DNA of 36,294 nucleotides from Chloroflexota bacterium. Lineage in GTDB: Bacteria > Chloroflexota > Limnocylindria > QHBO01. The stretch spans positions 528 through 36,821 of the forward strand of contig VBJP01000005.1 of the NCBI GenBank assembly GCA_005880165.1. Direction: 5' to 3'. Below the pieces are notes generated by a model. The model was given only the letters and a program-made list of their open reading frames with translations, made no database searches and was not told the origin of the DNA. Shown piece after piece: positions 8,863 through 17,755 of the stretch. Each line of letters opens with the position of its first letter. The first letter of the stretch is position 1. The translations under genes were made by a program, and so were the position numbers.

Positions 8863-11800
8863 ATGCAGCGGCTGGAAGACGGTCGAACCGTTTATTCCGC
8901 GACGGACCTGGTTGGATTTCTCGAGTGCCAGAACCTGACGGTGCTCGAGCGCGCTTCGCTCGCGGGTGCGGTCGAACGGCCAACCCGCGACGATCCCGAG
9001 CTGGCCATCCTCCAGGAGCGGGGCCTAGAGCACGAGCGGCGGTTCCTTGCCTACCTGCGGGAGCTTGGCCACGAGATCGTAGACGGCCGGTTCGCACCTG
9101 ACGCGAGTGACGGGGCTAGCCGGCTTGAACACATCGAGCGCGACGCTGCCCGAACCCTCGAGCTCATGCACGAGAGGGCGGACGTCATCTACCAGGCCAC
9201 GCTCTTCGATGGCACCTGGCTTGGATACGTCGACTTCCTGCGGCGGGTTGATGGCGAGAGCTCCCTGGGTGAGCACCACTACGAGGTGGTTGACACCAAG
9301 CTGGCACGCCGCACCAAGGGCGGCGCGCTCCTGCAGATGTGCGTCTACTCGGACCTGCTGGCCGCCATCCAGGGCCGCATGCCAGCGCTGATGCACGTCG
9401 CACTCGGGGGCAGCGGCCACCGGATCGACAGTCATCGGCTCAACGACTACCTCGCCTATTTCCGGAGCGTAAGGGACCGATTCCAGGCGGAGATCGCGAG
9501 CAGCGCGGCAGTAGCGTTTCCGCTGGCTGCCGTCCCGCCGCCGGTCTCGCACTGCGGCGTATGTCGCTGGGACGCCTACTGCACCGCCCTGCGCGTGGAT
9601 GCGGACCACCTGAGCCAGGTAGCCGGGATGCGCAACGACCAGGTGCGACGCCTGGAAACAGCTGGCATCGGCACCTTGACCGATCTCGCGCTCCTTCCGG
9701 AGCCGCCGCCAATCGTCGACGGCATCTCCGCGGCCGCCATGACGGGCCTCCGTGACCAGGCAAGCCTGCAGCATCGGTCCCGCGGCCAGGACGCCCCGCT
9801 CTTCGAATACCTGCTGCCGCAAGCGAACCTGGGTTTGGCCGGACTTCCGCAGCCGTCACCAGGAGATCTGTTCTTCGACATCGAGGGCGATCCGTACGCA
9901 GAGGAGGACGGCCTCGAGTACCTGTTCGGGGTCTGGGATCCAGCGAATCGCGACCCCCGTGGCGAACCGGCATTCCGCACCTGGTGGGCACATGACCGTT
10001 CGCGGGAGAAGGTGGCGTTCGAGAGCTTCGTCGACTTCGTGATGGACCGATGGAGCGGCGAGCCGGGCATGCATGTCTATCACTACGCCGCCTACGAGCG
10101 CGGCCGGATGGGGATGCTGTCGACCCGCCACGCCACCCGGGAGCTCGAGGTCGACAGCATGCTGCGCGGCGGGCTCTTCGTCGACCTGTACAAGGTTGTG
10201 CGCCAGGGCCTGCGCATCGGAATTCCGAGCTACTCGATCAAGAAGCTCGAGCCGCTGTATGGCCTCGGCCGCGAGGTTGCCCTGCGCGACGCCGGCTCGA
10301 GCATCGTTCGCTACGAGGCATACATCCGTTCGGCGAGTGCCGGCGCTGCAGACGAGGCCATCCTGGCGGAGATTGCCGCCTACAACCGAGATGACTGCCG
10401 GTCGAACGCCGAACTGCGCGATTGGCTGGAAGCGCGACGAGCCGATCTCGAGGCACGCGCCGGCCGCGTCCTCGAGCGACCCCAGCTGACCGACGAGCTC
10501 GAGAAGGGCCTCACGGATCGCGACCGCCGAATCGCGGAGCTGGCGCGGAAGCTGCTCGAACGCGTTCCGCTGGTCGCCGAACTGCGCATGGCGGATCCCG
10601 AGCTCCAGGGCAGGTGGTTGCTCGCCAACCTGCTCGAGTGGCACCGACGCGAGGAGAAGGTCGAGTGGTGGGCTTTCTTCGACCGCTGCACCAAGTCGGA
10701 CGCGCAGCTCGTCGAGGATGAGGAGGCGATTGGGCAGCTCACGTGGGTCGGTGAGGTCGACCGCCCCAAGCAGTCGGTACGGCATCGTTATCGCTTCGAT
10801 CCCGAGCAGCCATATCGCTTGAAGGTGGGCGATGACGTGGCGAACCCCGCGACTCAGAAGTCAGCGGGAGCGATCGTGGCGCTCGACGCGCTCCACGGCA
10901 TCCTGGACCTGCAGTGGGGCCTCAAGCATCCCAGGCCCCACCCGACGTCGCTCATCCCGCCGGAGCCCATCAATGCGAAGGCCCAGAAGGAAGCCCTCGA
11001 ACGGATCGGCGAGTGGGTTCGCGACAACGGCATGAACGGTCCCGGGCCGTATCGGGCGGCCCGCGAGTTCCTGCTTCGGCGGCTTCCACGGGCCGGTCAG
11101 GCGGACGGCACCGATCTCGTGCCTCCGGGCGCATCCGTGGACCGGATCGCTCGGCGGCTCGTCGTTCAGCTCGACGGGACCGTCCTGCCGATCCAGGGCC
11201 CGCCAGGGGCCGGGAAGACCTATCTGGGCGCGGAAATGGTCCTTGAGCTCATTCGCGCCGGCAGGCAGGTTGCGATCACCGCGTTCACGCATCGGGCCCT
11301 GACGAACCTGCTCGACACGGTGCTCGACCATGCCCAGGCGCAGGGCTTGCCGGTACGAGCGGTCCGCAAGATCGAGACCGACGAGACGGTCCAGATCAGC
11401 TGGCGCTACGAGGCGGCCGAGAGCAATGACGAGGTCCTGCGCCTGGTGCGTAACCGGCATGTGGACGTGGCCGCGGGCACGGCTTGGCTGTGGGCTCGCG
11501 GAGATTTCGAGGATCAGGTCGACACGATCTTCGTCGACGAGGCGGGGCAAATGTCCCTCGCCAACGTGGTCGCCGTCTCACGCGCGGCGCGGAACGTGGT
11601 GCTCCTAGGCGATCCACAGCAGCTCTCCCAGGTGAAGAAGGGCGCCCATCCGGACGGAGTGGATCGCTCTTCGCTGGAGTTCGTGCTCGATGGGCGCGCC
11701 GTCATCGATCCCCGACGCGGCCTCTTCCTTCCGGAGACACATCGGCTTCATCCGGACGTCAACACATTCACCAGCGAGATCTTCTACGAGGGCAAGCTCC

Positions 11801-12365
11801 GGGCAGCCCCGGAGACCGCTCTCCAGTCGATGCATGCCGCCGGTGACCTGACCGGAACCGGCGTCCGATGGCGAGCCGTCGCTCATCGCGGGAATCGGAC
11901 CTCGAGCGAGGAGGAGGCTGACCTCATCGAGGCCCTGTATCGGGACCTTCTCGGTGGGGAATGGACCTCTTCGCGTGCCCCGGCACAGCCGCTCAGCCCG
12001 ACCTCCGTGCTGGTCCTCGCACCGTACAACGCCCAAGTCGAGCTGCTCACGGACCGGACAAGCTCCAGGGCCAGGAGGCTGCAGTCGTGCTCTACTCGCT
12101 GGCAAGCTCCTCGCAGGACGAGTTGCCTCGATCGATGGAGTTCCTGTATTCCCTCAACCGGCTCAACGTGGCGACCTCGCGCGGTCGGTGTCTTGCGGTG
12201 ATCGTCGGATCGCCTGAGCTCCTGAAGGTCCGCGTCCACACGCCGCTCCAGATGCGGCTGGCCAACGCGCTCTGTCGGTTCGTCGAGATGGCCGGTGGCG
12301 AGGCGGGAGCTAGACTTCCTGGATCGGTTCTGGCGCCGCTTCCAGCGCCAGCGACGCCGAGTTGA
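8863..12365 (+). pseudogene. Cas4/AddB-like Fe-S PD-(D/E)xK nuclease + RNase H-fold DEDD exonuclease (TM0106/TIGR03491-like) + Upf1/Dna2-like SF1B helicase; frame broken at about 12048-12057
   Basis: ORF 8863..12201. Nuclease motifs GYVDFL, EVVDTK and QMCVY, plus a Cys cluster (C near the N-terminus, then HCGVCRWDAYC = Cx2Cx5C). Exonuclease motifs FFDIEGDP and YNRDDC. Helicase motifs GPPGAGKT, IFVDEAGQ, LLGDPQQL and APYNAQV. Motifs V and VI (DKLQGQEAAVVLYS, LNVATSRGR) continue in the frame of ORF 11961..12365. Confidence 0.8.
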
Positions 12366-12723
12366 TGCAGTAGCGCAGCCCGGTGGGGCGCGGGCCGTCC
12401 GGGAAGACGTGCCCGAGATGACCACCGCAGGCCGAACAGTGGACCTCGGTTCTGCTCATGAAGAACGAGCGGTCGGTCTCCGTGTCCACGCTGCCGTCGT
12501 TGACCGGGTTCGTAAAGCTCGGCCACCCGGTTCCCGACTCGAATTTGGTGTCGCTGCTGAAGAGTGGGTTGCCGCACGCGGCGCAGCGGTACAGGCCGGG
12601 CGTGTGCTCATCCCAGTAGATGCCGGTAAAAGCGCGCTCGGTGCCCTTCTCGCGAAGGACATGATATTGCTCGGGTGTCAGCTCCTGGCGCCACGTGGCG
12701 TCGGGCTTTTCAATCTTCTGCAT
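12310..12723 (-). CDS. msrB: Peptide-methionine (R)-S-oxide reductase
   Basis: From the ATG at 12723: MQKIEKPD...[11 protein letters not shown]...GWPSF...[13 protein letters not shown]...RYCINS. This has two CxxC zinc motifs and the catalytic RYCIN. The 3' end overlaps the helicase 3' end convergently by about 56 nt. Confidence 0.95.
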   Translation of the reverse strand: MQKIEKPDATWRQELTPEQYHVLREKGTERAFTGIYWDEHTPGLYRCAACGNPLFSSDTKFESGTGWPSFTNPVNDGSVDTETDRSFFMSRTEVHCSACGGHLGHVFPDGPRPTGLRYCINSASLALEAAPEPIQEV

Positions 12724-12785
12724 GACCACATTGTGGGACCGATGCGGCGCGACGCAACTCGGCGAACGGCGAGGTGAAGACACGA

Positions 12786-12818
12786 AAACGCCGGCCCCGG
12801 GCACTGGGGCCGGCGTTT
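12786..12818 (-). terminator. Intrinsic terminator downstream of the repeat-protein gene
   Basis: Perfect 13-bp stem: AAACGCCGGCCCC, a 7-nt loop, then GGGGCCGGCGTTT. On the minus strand it is followed by TTTTCGTGTCTT. A second imperfect hairpin lies at about 12823-12845. Confidence 0.7.
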
Positions 12819-12846
12819 CGCAGGGAGGGGCAGGACTCCCCTTCCG

Positions 12847-14028
12847 TCACGGGCGATCCGCGAGCGCCGAACGACGGATAAATGGGTGGGCCGCGATCAC
12901 GAGCAGCAGCCCAAGCGCCGCGAGCAGCGGACTCAAGACGGACGCCGGTGTCGTTGCCGTGTCAGGTAGCGTCGGGCCTCCATGGCCGGCGGCCGGCGCG
13001 CTGACGCCCTGGGTGCCGCTGCCATCGATGCCCGGCTGCGGGGAAGGCGCCCCGCCACTCGATTGTGAGCCGCCGCTTCCAGGCTGATCGCCATTGCCTT
13101 GCTGATCGGACGCCTGGGAGCCGCCGGATCCATTCTGGTCGCCACCCGTGGCGCCCTGAACGTCACCTTCGCCTGTCTGGTCGCCAGTCCCGCCGGTGTC
13201 GCCCTGCTGGTCCTGGCCCTGATCGCCAGTCCCGCCGGTGTCGCCCTGCTGGTCCTGGCCCTGATCGCCAGTCCCGCCGGTGTCGCCCTGCTGGTCCTGG
13301 CCCTGATCGCCAGTGTCGTCCGGCTGCTCGCCGCTGCCGGCGTCGCCCTGCTGCTGCTGGCCCTGATCGCCGGTGTCGTCCGGCTGCTCGCCGCTGCCGG
13401 CGTCGCCCTGCTGATCCTGGCCCTGATCGCCGGTGTCGCCCTGCTGATCCTGGCCCTGATCGCCAGTGTCGCCCGGCTGATCCTGGCCCTGATCGCCGGT
13501 GTCGCCCGGCTGCTCGCCGCTGCCGCCAGAGCCTTCGCTAGACCCCTCGCAGCCGTCCGCGACCCAGAAGGTCTTGTTGCGCGAATTCGACGCGTCCGCC
13601 GCGAGATACTCCAGCCGATAGTGGCCGGCGCCGAGCGTCATTACATCGGTCTCGTCCGTACCTGACGGAGTGCTGTCCCATGATCCACTCGAAACCTGGC
13701 TGCCGTCGCCGGTCGGTGGCCAGCTCAGGATCTGCCAGGTACCCGCGGTCGGCGGGTCGTACTCGAACACGATCGAGAATCCGCAGACGTGCGGATCGTT
13801 GGCAGTCTCCGGGACCAGATCACTCGTAGTCGCGTCGCGCAGCTTGACGGTCCCCGGCGCCGCACCGCCATTGCCGTTGGGTGCGCTGTCGCTATTCTTG
13901 GCCCACGTAGGCGCAATGGAGAGCGCCAGCGACAGGACCAGCGTAGAAACGCCGGCGCCAAGGAGCGCGCGGCGTGTGGGACTCAGGCGGCGAGGGCGGT
14001 GCGGGTGGTGCATCGGTTTCGATTCCAA
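12847..14028 (-). CDS. Secreted surface protein: Tat-like signal, a roughly 110-aa Cys-flanked domain, an acidic Gly/Asp/Gln tandem-repeat region, and an LPDTA + TM + RRS C-terminal sorting-like signal
   Basis: ORF 12847..14028 starts at TTG 14028, with an alternative ATG at 14013. The N-terminus reads SPTRRALLGAGVSTLVLSLALSIAPTWA. Repeats have the form GDTG(GT)GDQGQDQQ. The C-terminus reads LPDTATTPASVLSPLLAALGLLLVIAAHPFIRRS. Confidence 0.75.
   Translation of the reverse strand: MESKPMHHPHRPRRLSPTRRALLGAGVSTLVLSLALSIAPTWAKNSDSAPNGNGGAAPGTVKLRDATTSDLVPETANDPHVCGFSIVFEYDPPTAGTWQILSWPPTGDGSQVSSGSWDSTPSGTDETDVMTLGAGHYRLEYLAADASNSRNKTFWVADGCEGSSEGSGGSGEQPGDTGDQGQDQPGDTGDQGQDQQGDTGDQGQDQQGDAGSGEQPDDTGDQGQQQQGDAGSGEQPDDTGDQGQDQQGDTGGTGDQGQDQQGDTGGTGDQGQDQQGDTGGTGDQTGEGDVQGATGGDQNGSGGSQASDQQGNGDQPGSGGSQSSGGAPSPQPGIDGSGTQGVSAPAAGHGGPTLPDTATTPASVLSPLLAALGLLLVIAAHPFIRRSALADRP
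13177..13525. repeat. In-frame coding tandem repeats with a 33-nt core and 42-nt and 60-nt variants
   Basis: Identical 42-nt units at 13198-13239 and 13240-13281. 60-nt units at 13315-13374 and 13375-13434 differ at 3 nt. 33-nt units at 13282-13314, 13435-13467 and 13468-13500. All share ...ctggccctgatcgcc(a/g)gt. Confidence 0.9.
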
Positions 14029-14170
14029 TGAATGCGGATCAATTGCCAGTAGGATCCCTGTCCTAGGCCCACCCGGCTATGGCGAACTAGTACCTCCGGG
14101 TCAAACCGCGCTCAGCGACATCCCGCCCTAACCGCCCAGGTGCGGTGCAGTGCAGTACTCGGGCAGTACC

Positions 14171-15334
14171 TCAGGGGGAGGCTGAGCTCGTCGCGCCAGG
14201 GAGTGAGGAGCTGAAGCGACTGAGGCGGAAGAGACCGATGTCGTGCCGGGTCGATCCGTGCATCGCGAGGTCGGCCATGATCTCGCCAACCACGCTGCAG
14301 AACTTGTAACCGTGCCCGCTGAACCCAGCTGCGAAGCTTACGGCTGGTGACTCTGCGAGGGTGTCGATGATGAAGTGCTCGTCGGGAGCGTTCACGAACA
14401 TGCACGCCTTCAGCATGAGGGTGGGTCCCGCTCCGTCCGGGAAGTAACGCTCAGCGAAACCGCGGAGCAGCTTCTCATCTTCCGGGCGGGCGGAGCGATC
14501 CGGGTCGTCCGGATCGATCGGTTGGCGAAGGTGATGAAACTTTCCGAACTTGAAGCCGGGGACGTCATGGACGGGAAAGCCGTAGAAGCTCCCCTCTTCC
14601 ACGTCCAGGACGAAGACCGGGAAGACCTCCGGGGCGAAGAGCTCAGGCCGCGTGGGCTGTAGCCATGCAAGGACCTGGCGTTCCGGCACCGCGAGCTCGT
14701 TGAGCGACGGGACGAGATTGCGTGCCCACGCTCCGGCGCAGATCACGAGGCGGTCCGCCTCCTCGGTACCGGACTCGGTCTCGACCTCCACCCCGTCCTC
14801 CGTCGCGCGCCAGGAAAGGACGCGCTGCCGGAAGCGCAGCGCCGCGCCGTATCGCAGCGCAACGTTGACGTGAGCCAGGATCGAGCGCTCCGCGAGCAGG
14901 AACCCGCCATCCGGCTGAAGGACGACGCGAGTCTCCGGTGGCAGGCGGCGGTACGCAGGGAAACGCTCCTCCAGGTGGAACGCGTCGAGGACCTCGTGGG
15001 GCAGGTCATGCTCCTCCGCCGCCCGCAGAGCGCCGCGGAACATCGGTCCATCTTCAGGGCCGCCCTCCAGGCTTCCCGTTGTGATCAGGAGCCGCTCCTG
15101 GACGTCGGCCTCGAGCGCGTGCCACAGCTCATATGCCCGTCGCAGGAGCGGCACATACGAGGGATCTTCGTGATAGGCCAGCCGGATGATACGAGTCAGG
15201 CCGTGCGAGGAGCCTCGCTCATGCAGCAGATCGAACTGCTCGAGGCCCAGGACTCGCCACCCGCGCCTGGCCAGATGCGCGGCGGTTGCACTCCCCATCC
15301 CGCCCAACCCGATGACGATCGCGTCGTAGCTCAC
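14171..15334 (-). CDS. solA: FAD-dependent N-methyl-L-tryptophan oxidase / monomeric sarcosine oxidase family
   Basis: MSYDAIVIGLGGMGSATAAHLARRG is the DAO-family dinucleotide fold. Also RIIRLAYHEDPSYVPL and GFSGHGYKFCSVVGE. Confidence 0.8.
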   Translation of the reverse strand: MSYDAIVIGLGGMGSATAAHLARRGWRVLGLEQFDLLHERGSSHGLTRIIRLAYHEDPSYVPLLRRAYELWHALEADVQERLLITTGSLEGGPEDGPMFRGALRAAEEHDLPHEVLDAFHLEERFPAYRRLPPETRVVLQPDGGFLLAERSILAHVNVALRYGAALRFRQRVLSWRATEDGVEVETESGTEEADRLVICAGAWARNLVPSLNELAVPERQVLAWLQPTRPELFAPEVFPVFVLDVEEGSFYGFPVHDVPGFKFGKFHHLRQPIDPDDPDRSARPEDEKLLRGFAERYFPDGAGPTLMLKACMFVNAPDEHFIIDTLAESPAVSFAAGFSGHGYKFCSVVGEIMADLAMHGSTRHDIGLFRLSRFSSSLPGATSSASP

Positions 15335-15388
15335 CCCGTCATCATGGCCAACGGGATCAACGCCGCGATGCGCAACCGCTGGGTCCCC

Positions 15389-15922
15389 TCAGTTGGAATT
15401 GCCGTTCATCCGAACACAGAAGTGGCCGCCCGGATCGAGGGGCTGGCCGCAGTACGGACATGCTGAGCGTCCGGCCTGCACGAGCGCGGCAGCCGCGGTA
15501 GCGAACTGGCCCGCCTCCAATGAGCTCAGGCGGACGCGCAGCAGGTCAGGACCGTCAGGATCGTCGTCGGCGACTTCCGGATAGTTGCCCTCTTCATCGA
15601 TCGGGCGTGCCTCGAGCATGAGCGACGCCGAGGCGGGGTCCCAGCCGAGGGCCAGCACGCCAACCCGGAAGAGCTCGACCATGGGTTCGGCGAGCTCAGA
15701 GGTGGCAGGCGATCCAGCGGACGGCTCGAGCGCCTCCCCGACGGCCATCAGCAGCTCGCCGATTCGCTGCGCCAGCGCGCTGACCTGCGTCTTCTCCAGG
15801 CCCAGCGTGACGACGGCGCCGCGCTGACGAGCCTGCAGGAAGAAGGCTCGGCTCCCGGGCTGACCAACTGCGCCGGCCACGAAGCGATCCGGCTGGTCGA
15901 AGAGGAAGAGGCGACGCGTCAC
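15389..15922 (-). CDS. DUF3090 (TIGR03847-like) protein with a C-terminal zinc ribbon
   Basis: FDQPDRFVAGAVGQPGSRAFFLQA, ending in CPYCGQPLDPGGHFCVRMNG. Confidence 0.75.
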   Translation of the reverse strand: MTRRLFLFDQPDRFVAGAVGQPGSRAFFLQARQRGAVVTLGLEKTQVSALAQRIGELLMAVGEALEPSAGSPATSELAEPMVELFRVGVLALGWDPASASLMLEARPIDEEGNYPEVADDDPDGPDLLRVRLSSLEAGQFATAAAALVQAGRSACPYCGQPLDPGGHFCVRMNGNSN

Positions 15923-15991
15923 GATGGCATGCTACAGGCCGGATGCGCTCGGGACGTGAGGGGGGCGAGGAAAGAGAAGGCACAAACGGAA

Positions 15992-16022
15992 GGGATCGGA
16001 GAAGTGCCCGCTCTCCGATCCC
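15992..16022 (-). terminator. Intrinsic terminator about 100 nt downstream of the XRE-TPR gene
   Basis: Perfect 11-bp stem: GGGATCGGAGA, a 9-nt loop, then TCTCCGATCCC. On the minus strand it is followed by TTCCGTTTGTGCCTTCTCTTT. Confidence 0.55.
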
Positions 16023-16124
16023 TCTCCCCCGTCATCCCACGATTGGGTCGCCGCCCCCGCGACGTGTGCCCACCCAACCGGGTTGTGGCTCAGCCTAAAG
16101 GCACCGAACCGCACCTGTCAATAC

Positions 16125-17438
16125 TCAATTGACTGACAGCGCCTCTCGGGTCAGCTCATAAGCGCCGCGGTGATCACCGGCTGCCGCCCGCACATCTGCC
16201 CACTCGCGCAGGACCTCGCGCACGCGGCTGGGCGACCCGCTTTCACGGGCGAGCGCGGCTGCCTCCCCAAAGGCCTCCTCCGATGCAACCGCGTCTCCGG
16301 CGTCGCGCAGGAGCCGGGCGCCAGTCAGGACGGCAGCCATCAACGCGAGCTGGTTCCCCGTCGCCCGCGCGAGCTCGGCGGACTGCCGGGCGAGGACGCG
16401 CGCCGCGGCCTGGTCACCCCCGGCCAGGGCAATCTGGGCTTCCGTCTCGAGGATCGCCGACAGCAGGCGATCGTCCCCGAGACGCTCTGACTGCTCACGT
16501 GCCTGGTCGGCCATCTCCCGCGCCCGCCCGACGTTGCCGGCGGCCAGGTACGCAAGCGCGAGATCGTTCTCGATTCCTGCGCTCTCCAGCTCCGCGCCGG
16601 CGGCGCGGTAGAGCGCCAGGCCCTGCGTGCCGGTGCGGATCGCAGCTTCTACATCGCCCGTCTCGCGGTAGCTCACCGCGAGACTGAAGAGAAACGTCGC
16701 TCGGCGTCGATCGTCGAGGTCGGCGGCCATCCCCCGCGCGGCCTCGAGGTAGCTCAGCGAGCGGGCGTGCTCGCCGCTGCGCGATTCGACCGCAGCCAGG
16801 GCCATGAGCAGGCGCAGCTCGAAATCGGGCTCCACGGCGAGTCCGCCTCGCACGCGCTCGAGGAGCGCCGTCAGCAGGCCGCGTGCATCGGCCTCGTTGT
16901 CGGACTCGTAGAGGCCATATGCGAGCCAGTAGCGGGACAGCGCTTCGTCGGCCGGACGCTGCAGTCCGGCGAAGATCCGGGCCGCCTCGGAGGCTGCCGC
17001 GATCGCCTGGCGTCCGTGGTCCATGCGCGCCTCGGCCTCCGCCAGCCCGCGCAAGAGCTCCGCTCGGCCAGGCTCGTCCCGCTGGTCGCTCAGCAGAGTG
17101 CGGTAGCCGTCCGCCGCCGCCTGCCACTCCCCCGCCGCGAGGTGCATGTCGACCTCGAGCCGGCTCCAGGCCGGATGCTGCTCATCCAGGAAGTGACTAG
17201 GGGGTAGTCCCAGGCGCTGGGAGAGATACGTCAGCGCCACCATCGATGGACGCGCGATGCCGGTCTCGAGCGCGCTGACGTAGGCCTTCGTGTAGTGATC
17301 GCCTGCCAGCTGCTGCTGGGTGAGCCCGGCTCGGCGGCGCGCCTCGCGGATGCGCTCGCCGATTCGCTGCGCGAGTGCCGCGTCATGTGCCGATGGGCGC
17401 GCCGTGGTGCTCGTGCGAGGCATGGCGGAAGTGTACAT
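16125..17438 (-). CDS. XRE-family HTH transcriptional regulator fused to TPR repeats
   Basis: ORF 16125..17684. The HTH reads IREARRRAGLTQQQLAGDHYTKAYVSALETGIARPS, followed by about 330 aa of TPR-like helices. The start is uncertain: ATG 17438 or ATG 17423. The longer upstream extension is Arg/Ser-rich and has no recognisable homology. Confidence 0.75.
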   Translation of the reverse strand: MYTSAMPRTSTTARPSAHDAALAQRIGERIREARRRAGLTQQQLAGDHYTKAYVSALETGIARPSMVALTYLSQRLGLPPSHFLDEQHPAWSRLEVDMHLAAGEWQAAADGYRTLLSDQRDEPGRAELLRGLAEAEARMDHGRQAIAAASEAARIFAGLQRPADEALSRYWLAYGLYESDNEADARGLLTALLERVRGGLAVEPDFELRLLMALAAVESRSGEHARSLSYLEAARGMAADLDDRRRATFLFSLAVSYRETGDVEAAIRTGTQGLALYRAAGAELESAGIENDLALAYLAAGNVGRAREMADQAREQSERLGDDRLLSAILETEAQIALAGGDQAAARVLARQSAELARATGNQLALMAAVLTGARLLRDAGDAVASEEAFGEAAALARESGSPSRVREVLREWADVRAAAGDHRGAYELTREALSVN

Positions 17439-17755
17439 GGCTTGGCAAGCGTGACTTGACCGACGACTGACCCCAAAGTACCTGCCCTCCGCGAGTGCCT
17501 GGTACCCACGGGTCATTGTCGCCGCGACTATTGCCCGCGAACGTGACGGGCGCGAGCAGTCCCGCACGGGGCTGAGATTCAAGGAGTTCATGCGATGCGC
17601 CAGGTCACCAACGGGAGCGGCTTCCCGCAGTAGACCGATGGCGCCCCCGGGCGTCGTCATCAGCGATCTCACGCGTCGGCGCACCCAATGGATGGGTGAC
17701 GGGCCGGCGCGTGCTGCTATCCGGCGCCAGGCGTGGTCACGCTGGCCGAGGTCGC

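Noticed and set aside
13177-13525. Possible CRISPR array or non-coding satellite, considered because of the regular repeats.
   Set aside because: The units are contiguous with no unique spacers, their periodicity is a multiple of 3, and they translate in frame within a 393-aa ORF. They are coding tandem repeats.
16115-16139. Palindrome CTGTCAATACTCAATTGACTGACAG spanning the XRE-TPR stop codon.
   Set aside because: It is short and AT-rich with alternative pairings, it partly lies inside coding sequence, and it lacks a U-tract. The stronger hairpin at 15992-16022 is a better terminator candidate.
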